From the IMG/VR virus record IMGVR_UViG_3300037501_000104, positions 1 through 34,384 of that record: a stretch of 34,384 nucleotides of DNA, one strand, 5' to 3'. The position numbers and the translations under genes are program-made. Source of the DNA: a virus. Lineage: Duplodnaviria; Caudoviricetes. Positions 1 to 9,507 of this stretch are shown one piece after another. Position 1 is the stretch's first letter, and each line of letters begins with the position of its first letter. The notes below the pieces were generated by a model. That model had not been told where the DNA came from and did no database searches. It saw only the letters and a list, made by a program, of their open reading frames with translations.

Positions 1-46
1 AGAAGAAGGTCTGTGCATCCTAGAAAAACACACAAAAAACAGTCCG

Positions 47-484
47 ATGCCTCCACCACCGAAACATAGCCGTTCGTTAAAACTACGCTCGCCGTTTATC
101 CCTGAGCGGGTGGTACAGAAGGAATGCCTCACGTTCCTTCAGGGACACCCGCTTGTTGCCTGGGCATGCCGCCTTAATTCTGGCAATTTCCGATTTGTTA
201 GGCCTGACGGAAGTCAGGGGTTTGCACGGGGTGGAATGCCCGGCGCGCCTGACATAATAGGTCAGCTAACCAACGGGATAATTCTATGTATTGAATGTAA
301 GTCTGCGAAAGGACTCCTTTCAAGCGCACAGAAGAACTTCCAAAACAGGGTGCTTACTAACCACGGGCAATACATTATTGCCCGTAGCCAGAAAACACTC
401 GGAGAGGCCTTAGAAAGGCTCGCCGGGGAAAACAACCAACGGTCTGATGAAGAAGCAACCACTCTTCTTCGTCAGAAAAACTAG
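47..484 (+). CDS. VRR-NUC domain PD-(D/E)XK nuclease (resolvase-like)
   Basis: Motifs E-x-x-VQ, G-x-PD-I, IECK and S-x-x-Q-x-x-F typical of phage VRR-NUC proteins; sits directly upstream of the replication gene. Confidence 0.85.
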   Translation: MPPPPKHSRSLKLRSPFIPERVVQKECLTFLQGHPLVAWACRLNSGNFRFVRPDGSQGFARGGMPGAPDIIGQLTNGIILCIECKSAKGLLSSAQKNFQNRVLTNHGQYIIARSQKTLGEALERLAGENNQRSDEEATTLLRQKN

Positions 485-515
485 ACAAGATTAACAACAC
501 TCTCCACAGAGCACT

Positions 516-3500
516 ATGAATATATCAAATTCTGCATTTAAAAACAACCCTTCTGATTTTTTCGCGTGTTTTATTGCCACCGCTGAAAGCGTAGGGATTG
601 CGTTATCCCCGGATGATTTGGATGTGAGGGCTGGTGTGTTTCACAAGGCGGCGCCGCTCACGAAAGAGGACAAGGGGAAGGTAAGCTACATACGAAATAC
701 CAAGGTGGCGCGGGGGGGGATTCAGTACGATGTTTTCACTTTCAAGACTTTTAGGCATGGCGGGGTAACAGAAACGGTTAGCACCTACCCGTTCATTATC
801 GAAAGAGCAAAAGACAACGGGGTCGATGTCTCGACATTTGCACCAATTTCTGCTGAAAAGCTAGCAGAGATACGGCGTAAACAACGCGAGACAAAAGAGC
901 GTGAAGTGCGCCGGATTGCGCGGGATAAAGCGCGTGCGGCGCGTGCGGCAAAGGAGATTTACGGTGGTCTATCCGATACCGGGGAATCTGACTATCTAAA
1001 TAAAAAGAGGCTAGACCCTAAGCAGGAATACCACCTGCGTTTTGGCAGTGACGGGATAGGGTCATTTTTTGCCATGCCGATTTATGCCGTTGTGGAAAAT
1101 GAATTAAAAAAACCGGCTATTGATCTTGTGAATCTGCAGAAGATTTACGACGGCGGGCAAAAGTTGTTTTTACCCAAAGCGCAGAAGAAGGCGGCCTTTG
1201 GAATTCTTGCTGATAAGAAAGCTTTTATCTCGCCGGAGAAGATTGAAAGTATTGCCATTGCAGAAGGCTTTGCAACCGCCGCCGCAGTTCACACTGCGGG
1301 GCTTTTTGACGTGGTGATTGTTGCGCTAGACGCTGGGAATCTTTTACCTGCGGCAATGGCCGCTACGGATTATTTTAAGAACGCGACGGCGGTTATTGCG
1401 GCGGATAATGACATTCCTGATGAAAAAGGAAAAAAGAACACAGGGATAAAGGCCGCCGCCAAATGCCGTATGCTCGGAATCCCGTATGTTCGGCCTACAT
1501 TACCAAGTGGTGCGGCGTGTGATTTTAGTGATGTGTACGTTCAATTTGGGGCTGGGGAGGTTGCGCATCAGTTAAGGAATCAAATAGAAACAGAATCAAA
1601 CCCAGATTTGCTCGGCAAGGAGATTGTTCTAGCAAAGCGTCCAAAAACTCTGAAATTGGGGGAGGCTGTGGAAGCATTAGACGCAAAGGTCGGTCAGTTT
1701 TTTAAAGCGGGCGGCACATATTTTATCAAGGCAACCGCGGGTATTGGAAAAACAGAGGTCGTTTTAACCCACCTGGCAAATATTGTTGTAAACGCGGTGC
1801 TAGCCACCGATCATGCCCGCCCGGCGTATGAATATTACGTCCCCAGCCTGGCATTGGGAGAGGAGTTGCTTGTCCGTCTTGGTGACAAGATCAAGGCAGC
1901 ATTGGCGCAGGATGAATCGGCTAAGGCGTCAGCTCTTGCGGCAATTAAGCTGATCCGAGGGCGCAGCGCAAAACGACCTGGTGGCAATGAATTAATGTGT
2001 GAACGGCACCAGGTTATTGCCGGTCTTGAATCAATTGACGGACTGAATATGTATCAAGCGTTTTGTAAGAACGGCAAAAAGCAATGCCCACATTACAAGA
2101 GCTGTAAATCCGAAGGGTATCTTTCGCAGTTCGGGCCTGATGATGACAAGGATCGGGAAACCTACCTTCCGCCGGTCGTGGTAATTAAGGCCCATGCGTA
2201 CCTCCCATTGCCACGATCTAATTTAGAAAGGCAACAGTTTGGCGAAGCATTCCAATCCCGTATAACGGGAATAATTATTGACGAAAGCGCAATCGACCTT
2301 ACGCGCCGGACGTACGAAGCGACAGTCGAAAACTTTGAGGCTTTTTTCAGCGCCGCAGAAGAGGAAAACGGTAGACGGCTTGCTTCAAAATCGGAAAAGG
2401 CTGTTTATCCGGGGACTTTTGACACCGTAACGAGCAGGGTTAAGAAATTGACGCATAACAACGGGGCAATTTCCAATGCGCTAGCACAAAATTTTAACAG
2501 CCCGGACGAGGCAGTTGAAAAAATCAAGTTGTGTCTTGACTTAGTGCCGGCGCCAAAAATCCCGGCGTTTTCCCCAAATATGGACAACGGCGCGATTATT
2601 AACAATCGCCTGGAGTACATGACGAAGGCACTGCCAATCTTTTCCGTCCGCGAAATTCTCTCCCACATTGTCCGTGACTTAACAACGGGAATGAACTTTA
2701 CAATGGTTGATACCGGGTGGAGTAATGTTTCGACGATTGTGGCAAAGCCGTTTGATCGTGTTTCTAATTTGTCCGAAAATCAGATCAAGACTGCGCGGGC
2801 AATCATGGCGGCGTTTTTCGATTTTAGCGAGGCTAGGTTTACTACAGCCGAGTTAACCAAGATTATCAAGGCCGATACCCCAGAATTGAATACAACGCCA
2901 AAACAGGTAGAAGGCGTAGCGTTTGGATTGGCTTACCATGGGCAGTATTTACATGTTGATTTACAAGGAAAGGAGCCGGTTTTTTCGCTTGCCGATAGAG
3001 AGGATGACAATTTGGAATTTTTCCTCTCTAAAAATGACATTCCTATATTGGTTATCGACGATGCTATTTCCCCGGTCAGTTTTAACATCCTGCCGCAGAG
3101 GCGCCAAAAGCGGGCGGAGCTTGTTTACTTGCCTGTAGAAAGAAACGCCTTTGTTACGCAGATCAATGATGAAGGTTTTAACAAAACGACGTTAAACCAA
3201 GATAAGGCGGTAAAGGTTCTTTTCGCAGCCATAAAAAAGCACCGTCCAGATAGAAACAACAGGATGCTTGTCGTTTCCTACAAGGACGCTGTACCTGAGA
3301 TTGTTGTCAAGGCCGTTGGGATGTACGCAAATTTCATTCAGAAGGACAAGGACGACTCCCTTGAAAAACTAGACATTGACTACGGCGGAGCGTTCCGCCT
3401 TCGGTGGACGGACAAGAAAGCAGAATGGGCCGCCTGTTATGGTGTTGACTTCGCGCATTTCGGCGCGCTAAGGGGCAAGGATCAGTACAAGGATCATAAG

Positions 3501-4535
3501 ACGATTGTTGTGATTGGGCGGCAAATGGTGCCTTACGATAACGCGCAAAGAATCGCAGCGGCGCACTATCCTTATGACAATATCAAGTTTTTTAACACGC
3601 GATCAAAAACAGGGCGGGCCTTTGCAAGGAAACTTCCTACGCAAAAGCGCGCATTTCTGTTAAGAGACCCGGGCTTAATTGAATACGCCTCAGTCCCTTA
3701 CCATGAGGACGCCAGAGTACAGGCGGTTATTGAGGAGACCAGGGAGCAAGAAACGCTACAGGCAATAGACCGCTTGCGTCTTGTCCATGGTGAGGAGAAG
3801 AATGTCGTCATTGCGTCAACTATTCCAATCCCCGGCCTGTACGTGGACGACCTGGTAACTTTTGATGAATACACGGAGGAAAACATGGATCGACTGCTAG
3901 CCAAAAAGGTGATTGAGCGAACTGGGGGGATTCCCATGACAGAAACGGGGTTAAATCACCTTTGCTACCACCTTGCGAGAGAAGAGAGGGCTTTGAACAA
4001 AAAAACGGGTAATTCTGTTCCAATTCACATGGTTAGGCTTACGCAGCAGGAAGAAGAGGCATGTCGCTTGCAAGCGGGCCGTTTAAAAATTTACTTAGAT
4101 AACAACGCACAGCGGCTTTTATACAACTATAAGAGTATATCCATAGGCCACCAGGTTCCAACGCGGACGGCGAGTTACTACGCCGGGAAACACACCGAAG
4201 GTTCTCCCCAGACTTTTCTGTATGTTGGAGATGTTTATGATGTGGCAAAGCGCCTGGGAAGTATCATGGGAGTGGATTTAAATGTTGTAGATACAGGGGA
4301 TTACGCGGAGATGGGGATGACAAAGTTACCTCCCAAGGGGGAAGGGTTTGTTATCAAGCGGATGATTGCCGGGGTATTCGCAGGATATGTTCCTGGGTAC
4401 GAGCCGGAGAGTTATTGTCCGCCAGATGAGGGCGAATCGCCCAAAAACCGCCCAGGGAAGCGCATAAAGAACCAAAAAGATAGGGACAAGCACGCCCAAA
4501 AACCGGGTATTTTTAGGAGGGTAGCGAATGCGTAA
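516..4535 (+). CDS. Large replication protein: N-terminal Toprim primase fused to an SF2 (DinG/XPD-like) helicase
   Basis: Toprim motifs IAEGFATA, ALDAGNL, AADND, DFSD; Walker A ATAGIGKT; Cys cluster C..C..CPHY..C; HAYL; Walker B IIIDES; motif VI-like QAIDRLR. Confidence 0.8.
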   Translation: MNISNSAFKNNPSDFFACFIATAESVGIALSPDDLDVRAGVFHKAAPLTKEDKGKVSYIRNTKVARGGIQYDVFTFKTFRHGGVTETVSTYPFIIERAKDNGVDVSTFAPISAEKLAEIRRKQRETKEREVRRIARDKARAARAAKEIYGGLSDTGESDYLNKKRLDPKQEYHLRFGSDGIGSFFAMPIYAVVENELKKPAIDLVNLQKIYDGGQKLFLPKAQKKAAFGILADKKAFISPEKIESIAIAEGFATAAAVHTAGLFDVVIVALDAGNLLPAAMAATDYFKNATAVIAADNDIPDEKGKKNTGIKAAAKCRMLGIPYVRPTLPSGAACDFSDVYVQFGAGEVAHQLRNQIETESNPDLLGKEIVLAKRPKTLKLGEAVEALDAKVGQFFKAGGTYFIKATAGIGKTEVVLTHLANIVVNAVLATDHARPAYEYYVPSLALGEELLVRLGDKIKAALAQDESAKASALAAIKLIRGRSAKRPGGNELMCERHQVIAGLESIDGLNMYQAFCKNGKKQCPHYKSCKSEGYLSQFGPDDDKDRETYLPPVVVIKAHAYLPLPRSNLERQQFGEAFQSRITGIIIDESAIDLTRRTYEATVENFEAFFSAAEEENGRRLASKSEKAVYPGTFDTVTSRVKKLTHNNGAISNALAQNFNSPDEAVEKIKLCLDLVPAPKIPAFSPNMDNGAIINNRLEYMTKALPIFSVREILSHIVRDLTTGMNFTMVDTGWSNVSTIVAKPFDRVSNLSENQIKTARAIMAAFFDFSEARFTTAELTKIIKADTPELNTTPKQVEGVAFGLAYHGQYLHVDLQGKEPVFSLADREDDNLEFFLSKNDIPILVIDDAISPVSFNILPQRRQKRAELVYLPVERNAFVTQINDEGFNKTTLNQDKAVKVLFAAIKKHRPDRNNRMLVVSYKDAVPEIVVKAVGMYANFIQKDKDDSLEKLDIDYGGAFRLRWTDKKAEWAACYGVDFAHFGALRGKDQYKDHKTIVVIGRQMVPYDNAQRIAAAHYPYDNIKFFNTRSKTGRAFARKLPTQKRAFLLRDPGLIEYASVPYHEDARVQAVIEETREQETLQAIDRLRLVHGEEKNVVIASTIPIPGLYVDDLVTFDEYTEENMDRLLAKKVIERTGGIPMTETGLNHLCYHLAREERALNKKTGNSVPIHMVRLTQQEEEACRLQAGRLKIYLDNNAQRLLYNYKSISIGHQVPTRTASYYAGKHTEGSPQTFLYVGDVYDVAKRLGSIMGVDLNVVDTGDYAEMGMTKLPPKGEGFVIKRMIAGVFAGYVPGYEPESYCPPDEGESPKNRPGKRIKNQKDRDKHAQKPGIFRRVANA

Positions 4536-4905
4536 CACGGAAACAGGAATGGCTACTGAGAAGGCGGTGGCCAAGAAAGCGGGTCGACCCCCAATTACTG
4601 TTGATTATGATCTGGCGGAGCGGGCGGCGATGGTTGGATTAACCAACGAGCAGATTGCATTGATCCTTGGGATATGCAGGGATTCGCTTCACAATAAAAT
4701 GCAAAAAGAGCCTGAGCTTGTTGACGCCATTGATCGGGGCCGGGCGCATGGGATTCATACTATGGCGCATGGGCTTTATCAGGCTGGGATAAATGGCAAT
4801 GTGGTAGCGGCCATTTTTTGGCTAAAGTCGCGGGCGGGGTGGAAGGAGGCGAAAGACGAAGTGGAAGGGGCGGAGGTAAAAATTACCGTAGCTTATGATA
4901 GATGA
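4528..4905 (+). CDS. terS: Terminase small subunit (HTH type)
   Basis: GRPP...GLTNEQIALILGI helix-turn-helix and AAIFWLKSRAGWKE motif; overlaps the start of terL. Real start may be the second Met at 4549. Confidence 0.85.
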   Translation: MRNTETGMATEKAVAKKAGRPPITVDYDLAERAAMVGLTNEQIALILGICRDSLHNKMQKEPELVDAIDRGRAHGIHTMAHGLYQAGINGNVVAAIFWLKSRAGWKEAKDEVEGAEVKITVAYDR

Positions 4906-6125
4906 CGCACATCATAGTCCGAACCGGGCCAAGGCTACATAAAGCGCAGAAAACAGTGCTTGCTGGGTCAAGGCAGTTTAATGTGGTCTGCATGGGTAGG
5001 CGTTTTGGGAAGTCAGAACTAGGGATACATGTCATTGCGAGGGATGAGAGGGGGGTAATTGCGGGATACCCGGTGGCATGGATTGCGCCGGTGTACAGCC
5101 TGCTAACAGAAGCATACGATGCAATTGCGGATAGATTAAGCCGGATTATTAAGCGGCGATCCAGGTCTGAAAAGCGTATTGAATTGCTAACAGGCGGGAA
5201 AATCGACTTTTGGTCTATGGATTCTGAAAACGTAGCATTAGGTCGTAAGTATTCGATTGTTATTTTTGACGAGGCCGCCACTGCCAAAAAATTACAACAT
5301 CATTGGGAGAAGTGCGTGCTCCCTACCTTAGCAGATTATAGCGGCCGGGCGTTTTTCTTTAGCACCCCTCGGGGAAAAAATTACTTTCATAAGCTATTCC
5401 AAGAAGGTAAGGAGGATCCCAATTGGGCATCGTTTCAAAGGCCGTCAACTGACAATCCTTTCATAGATCATAATTATGTAAAGATGATGAAAGAGAAGTT
5501 GCCAGACATCGTTTTCAGGCAGGAGTTTTTAGCAGAATTTGTTGATAGCGCAGGGGGGCTCATGAGGCCTGGGTTTATTCAGGAGGTAGGCTCAGTCCCC
5601 GACTTTTTCCCCGTAACGGTAGGGGTGGATCTTGCTATATCACAAAAGACAAATGCCGACTACACGGCGGCTGCGGCAATAGCTATGGGCACGAAGGGAG
5701 AGACGTATGTTATTGGTGTTGAAAGAATGCGTGGAAGTTTTGCAGAAATATTGTCGTTTATTAAATCTTTTGCAGAAAAGCACAAACCTAGGGCTGTTTT
5801 AATAGAGGATGTACAGTTTCAAAGGGCTGCGATTCAGGAGCTTTTAAGATCGACAAAGTTGCCTGTTTTTGGCATTAAACCAATAGCGGATAAAGTTACA
5901 CGATTTATGCCACTACAGGCGCGATACGAACACGGGATGGTTTTCCACAAGAAAGGCTTGCCAAAATTTTTTACTGATGAACTTTTGGCGTTTCCATTAG
6001 ATGAACATGATGATTGTGTTGACGCGCTAGCATACGCTTTTTCAGGCGCAAAGCAGGGCAGCACTTCTGGGTTTACAGGAATAAACAGAAATTACAGGCA
6101 TTTTATTGGGGTAGATGATGACTAG
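4902..6125 (+). CDS. terL: Terminase large subunit
   Basis: Walker A GRRFGKS, Walker B IFDEAA, coupling motif STPRG, RNase H-like nuclease motifs GVDLA and HDDCVDAL. Confidence 0.95.
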   Translation: MTHIIVRTGPRLHKAQKTVLAGSRQFNVVCMGRRFGKSELGIHVIARDERGVIAGYPVAWIAPVYSLLTEAYDAIADRLSRIIKRRSRSEKRIELLTGGKIDFWSMDSENVALGRKYSIVIFDEAATAKKLQHHWEKCVLPTLADYSGRAFFFSTPRGKNYFHKLFQEGKEDPNWASFQRPSTDNPFIDHNYVKMMKEKLPDIVFRQEFLAEFVDSAGGLMRPGFIQEVGSVPDFFPVTVGVDLAISQKTNADYTAAAAIAMGTKGETYVIGVERMRGSFAEILSFIKSFAEKHKPRAVLIEDVQFQRAAIQELLRSTKLPVFGIKPIADKVTRFMPLQARYEHGMVFHKKGLPKFFTDELLAFPLDEHDDCVDALAYAFSGAKQGSTSGFTGINRNYRHFIGVDDD

Positions 6126-7593
6126 CAGTGAATTGCAAACGGCCAAGGCCTCAAAACGTGACGATACCACGCCGGGTGATTATTCAAAATCGGGCCTTGT
6201 CACGATATTTGATGATGCAAGGGCCGGAAATTTTGCGGACTTTTCTTTGTTGTGCCGGACGGTACAGCAAAATGACGCGCATATATTGGCAGAATTGGCA
6301 AAGCGCAAGCGAGTTTTGCTAACCTTCCCTTTAAACGTTATCGCAAGGCCAGAAGAAACCGGAGATGAAGCAAAATTACGTAAATTTATAGAATCATGGG
6401 TAAATGACGGAGAGGATATCGAGGATACAATCCTAGAAATTGCGGGGGCAGTATTGCCAGGGGTTGCGCTCTTGGAGATTGAATGGCATCAAACAAGTGA
6501 TGGTGCATGGATTCCAAAACGACTCTATGATCGACCACTAGGAATGTTCACCAGGAGAAACGGGGAATATTTTATTTACACCGTTAAAAATGACAAGGAA
6601 GGGGAGCCACTACAGGAAAATGGTTGGTTAATTCACGAACATAAAACCATATCAATACAGAACCCAACTGATTCTGGGCTTATCATTCCAATATCCTGGT
6701 TATATGTGGCAAAACAATACGCCATGCGCTATTTTAGTGAATTTCTTGAGGTTCACGGAATGCCCTTGCGGCTTGGGAAATTTAGCGCGTATTCAACAGA
6801 CACAGATAAAAAAGCCTTGCTAAGGGCGCTTGTTGATATGGGTCACAGCGCAGCGGGGATTATTCCTGATGATATGAAGGTAGATTTTATCGACCCACCA
6901 CGAGCAAGTCACGACCCCTTTCTTGCCATGGCAAATTTTTGTGATTCACAGATTTCTAAGCTGATATTGGGCGGGACATTGACGAGTACCGCAGGGGCTA
7001 CCGGACTCGGTTCTGGGGTAGCAGATGTTCAAAACGAAGTTAGGCATGACTTGGCGGAGAGCGATGCAAAACAGGTAGCGGGGGCATTAGTAAATCTTGC
7101 CAAGATAGTGAGGGCCGCAAACTTTGGCCCAGACGCAGAAGGAATCCGCACTCCCATCATAAAATTTGATACGGTGAAAAGAGAGGACAACAGTTCGAAG
7201 GTTGAAAAGATAGCAAAGCTCCTACCACTAGGCGTGGAAATTCCCAGCGAATGGATAGCCGACCTTTTGGAAGTGCCCGACAAGTACCGTGCTGAAGCAG
7301 TGCCTAGCGAAAACCGGCTGGCATTTCGCGCTGAAGGTACAAATAAACCTCAGTCAGGAACCGCGCCAATAATCGACGTGCTAGAAAATTACCCTATGCT
7401 ATCAAGCGATTTGGATGATCTGAAAAGCCTTTTGAATGATTCCAACGGATTCGACGACTTCCTTAAACGCCTAGAACAAAAAGGGGATTTGACGGCAAGG
7501 TTTATGGAGGTGCTCGAAAAAGCCGCTCTTGCATCACTGTTATTGGGAGCAGACGGTGTGAATAGGGAGCTGTTAAGTAATTATGCAGATTGA
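6115..7593 (+). CDS. Portal protein, Mu gp29/DUF935 family
   Basis: Motifs DAHI..L.KRK, EVHGMPLRLGK, ISKLILGGTLTS, V.NEVR.D...DA; follows terL. Confidence 0.93.
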   Translation: MMTSSELQTAKASKRDDTTPGDYSKSGLVTIFDDARAGNFADFSLLCRTVQQNDAHILAELAKRKRVLLTFPLNVIARPEETGDEAKLRKFIESWVNDGEDIEDTILEIAGAVLPGVALLEIEWHQTSDGAWIPKRLYDRPLGMFTRRNGEYFIYTVKNDKEGEPLQENGWLIHEHKTISIQNPTDSGLIIPISWLYVAKQYAMRYFSEFLEVHGMPLRLGKFSAYSTDTDKKALLRALVDMGHSAAGIIPDDMKVDFIDPPRASHDPFLAMANFCDSQISKLILGGTLTSTAGATGLGSGVADVQNEVRHDLAESDAKQVAGALVNLAKIVRAANFGPDAEGIRTPIIKFDTVKREDNSSKVEKIAKLLPLGVEIPSEWIADLLEVPDKYRAEAVPSENRLAFRAEGTNKPQSGTAPIIDVLENYPMLSSDLDDLKSLLNDSNGFDDFLKRLEQKGDLTARFMEVLEKAALASLLLGADGVNRELLSNYAD

Positions 7594-8227
7594 TATTCTC
7601 GACATCATTGATGTTATTTTTGCCCCAATGGAAAAGGCTATGAAGTTCTTTCAAGATAAGGGAGAGCAGGTAACAAAGCATTGGAACGACTTAAGCCGCG
7701 AACAGCACGAGAAGATGTTCACTGTTGCAAACATGACCGATAAAGCGTTGCTCTCAGATGTGAGGTCTCTAGTTGACGACGCTATTTCGAATGGCGTTGG
7801 TTTTGAACAATTCCAAGCGGACTTTAGGAAAAAGATAGCCGAAAAGGGGTGGGATGTCTTGGAAGGCGAAACTGACAAGGCAAAAGCCGCCCGCGCCCGG
7901 GTAATATGGGAAACCAATATCGACACAGCCCATGCTAAGGCAAGGAAGGCGCAAATGTCCGAGGTGGCAAAGCTCCGTCCCTACTGGCAGTGGGTTCATT
8001 CCCATGCGAGTAAAAATCCGCGCGCCAGCCACCAAAGGCTACACGGATTGATACTGCCGCATGACTCCCCGTTTTGGCGCAGCAATTACCCGCCATGTGG
8101 ATTTGGTTGCAAGTGCACGGTGCGTACATTGTCAAAACGCGATCTTGTAAGGCTAGGAAAAACCGGGCCTAACGATATTCCCGCATGGTTTAAACCAGAT
8201 AAAGGCTGGGAGGGGCCTAGCTTCTGA
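7583..8227 (+). CDS. Head morphogenesis protein, Mu gpF/SPP1 gp7 family
   Basis: FTVA, IWETN, RPYWQW, PR..H...HG....DSPFW..NYPPCGFGCKC motifs; follows the portal. Confidence 0.92.
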   Translation: MQIDILDIIDVIFAPMEKAMKFFQDKGEQVTKHWNDLSREQHEKMFTVANMTDKALLSDVRSLVDDAISNGVGFEQFQADFRKKIAEKGWDVLEGETDKAKAARARVIWETNIDTAHAKARKAQMSEVAKLRPYWQWVHSHASKNPRASHQRLHGLILPHDSPFWRSNYPPCGFGCKCTVRTLSKRDLVRLGKTGPNDIPAWFKPDKGWEGPSF

Positions 8228-8463
8228 TAACGCTTTCAGAAATTCTGATTGCGGCCAACATCCCAAAAAAACCATTCTACAACGCCACAGAAGCCGCAAA
8301 AATTATTGGCGTTCATAAATCAACAGTTTGTCGGCTCTGTATGGACGACAAGATAGATCACATCAGATTAGATGCCCGCAAGGCAGGATCTCTGTACAGA
8401 ATCCCATACGCGGCAATCGAGATTTTTATCAGGAAAAACGACGCAAAACACGAATTAAACTAG
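8224..8463 (+). CDS. Excisionase/MerR-like (HTH_17) DNA-binding protein, 79 aa, CTG start; absent from the ORF track
   Basis: Manual translation (M)ITLSEILIAANIPKKPFYNATEAAKIIGVHKSTVCRLCMDDKIDHIRLDARKAGSLYRIPYAAIEIFIRKNDAKHELN*; GGGAGGGG RBS at 8208-8215; CTG overlaps the gpF stop (CTGA); an in-frame TAG at 8218 bounds it upstream. Confidence 0.8.
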   Translation: MITLSEILIAANIPKKPFYNATEAAKIIGVHKSTVCRLCMDDKIDHIRLDARKAGSLYRIPYAAIEIFIRKNDAKHELN

Positions 8464-8478
8464 ACTTTTTAATACCAA

Positions 8479-8502
8479 GTTGCATTTGTTGCATTTGTTG
8501 CA
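8479..8502 (+). repeat. 9-bp tandem repeat (GTTGCATTT) x2.7, candidate regulator binding site
   Basis: GTTGCATTT GTTGCATTT GTTGCA read directly; intergenic, immediately upstream of a TACAAT -10 box. Confidence 0.85.
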
Positions 8503-8528
8503 CCCCGTAAAACCAATCCCACTACAAT
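8498..8528 (+). promoter_or_regulatory. Putative activator-dependent late promoter
   Basis: -10 TACAAT at 8523-8528; best -35 TTGCAC at 8498-8503 with a 19-bp spacer; lies at the head of the lysis and structural gene run. Confidence 0.55.
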
Positions 8529-8543
8529 CACGCCTACACAAAA

Positions 8544-8609
8544 GGAGCAGTAAGGCACCCGCCTAAACACACCGCCTAAACTGCTCCCACTTCCGTTCTA
8601 AAGGGGGCG
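8544..8609 (+). promoter_or_regulatory. Structured 5' leader of the endolysin gene
   Basis: GGAGCAGT (8544-8551) pairs with ACTGCTCC (8580-8587); CCGCCTAAAC occurs twice (8559, 8572); RBS GGGGGCG at 8603-8609. Confidence 0.5.
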
Positions 8610-8610
8610 T

Positions 8611-9126
8611 ATGACTGCCAGTACTACCATCACACATTGGCCCAAGCCAGACGAGTTAATCGGCTTTTATGGCGATCCACGCGGTAAAACCGGCGGCGCG
8701 TCCATGACATGGGAATCAAAAAACCTAGTCTATGTTACGCCACCGTGGAAATTGTTTACATCCTGGGACGGCAAGCCCGTCACTCGCTTTCGTATTCATA
8801 AAGCCTGCGCCGAAAGCCTTGTCCGTATTTTTACCGGGTTGTGGAATTTTTACGGCAGGCAGCAGGAGCTTATCAATCGCGTAGGGCTTTCGTCTTTTGG
8901 CGGCGCCTACGTTTTCAGGACAATGCGCGGGAGCAATAAATTGTCCATGCACGCCTACGGTTGCGCCGTCGACTTCGACCCTGCCAGAAATAAGCTAGGC
9001 GCGAAATTCCCCGCCTTTGGGCAGGAGGGAAACACCGTCGCGGCTTTTGAATCAGAAGGCTGGACGTGGGGCGGACATTGGAAACGACCAGACGGAATGC
9101 ACTTTGAAGCAACAACTAATCTTTGA
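8611..9126 (+). CDS. Endolysin, M15 family zinc peptidase
   Basis: SMHAYGCAVDF (SxHxxGxAxD) and WGGHW..PDGMHFE motifs. Confidence 0.92.
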   Translation: MTASTTITHWPKPDELIGFYGDPRGKTGGASMTWESKNLVYVTPPWKLFTSWDGKPVTRFRIHKACAESLVRIFTGLWNFYGRQQELINRVGLSSFGGAYVFRTMRGSNKLSMHAYGCAVDFDPARNKLGAKFPAFGQEGNTVAAFESEGWTWGGHWKRPDGMHFEATTNL

Positions 9127-9139
9127 AGGAGGTTTTACC

Positions 9140-9325
9140 ATGGGGTTATTTGATTGGATGATTGACAGATTGAGGGAGCCGAGCACTTACAAGGGGTTAA
9201 CTGGCCTCTTAAGTGCGATTGGCATTTCCGTATCCCCTGAGATGACCGCGCAGATTGCCGCAGTTGGCATTAGCGTGGTGAGCTTTATTGAAATTTTTAG
9301 ACGAGAACTGCCAACCGGAGTTTGA
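9140..9325 (+). CDS. Putative holin (61 aa)
   Basis: AGGAGG RBS before ATG 9140; RLREPSTYKGL followed by two hydrophobic segments; directly after the endolysin. Confidence 0.7.
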   Translation: MGLFDWMIDRLREPSTYKGLTGLLSAIGISVSPEMTAQIAAVGISVVSFIEIFRRELPTGV

Positions 9326-9507
9326 ACATGAAGCGCAAAAAGTTTCCTATGATTTACACGAACGGATTGCCGCCCAAGAGTTTCGACGAACAGCCTGCTG
9401 AAACGGCCACCGCCGACCAGGATTCTACGGACACGCCGCCAAAAAAGCCGGCAGCCGCAGAAGTAACTGACAAACCCGAAACGACCGCAGGAGGTGTTGC
9501 GAAATGA
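9322..9507 (+). CDS. Small low-complexity hypothetical protein
   Basis: Fills the gap with 4-nt overlaps on both sides; start may be ATG 9328. Confidence 0.55.
   Translation: MNMKRKKFPMIYTNGLPPKSFDEQPAETATADQDSTDTPPKKPAAAEVTDKPETTAGGVAK

Noticed and set aside
930-949. GCGCGTGCG tandem repeat as origin iterons
   Set aside because: Only two copies, and they encode ARAARAA in a helical segment
8328-8510. 60-aa ORF ending CICCICCTP
   Set aside because: Out-of-frame overlap with the HTH gene; the Cys pattern is just translation of the 9-bp repeat
9017-9139. Upstream extensions of ORF calls (9017, 11334, 15698, 29874, 32991)
   Set aside because: Downstream ATGs have clear RBSs; the extensions overlap upstream genes, promoters or structured RNA
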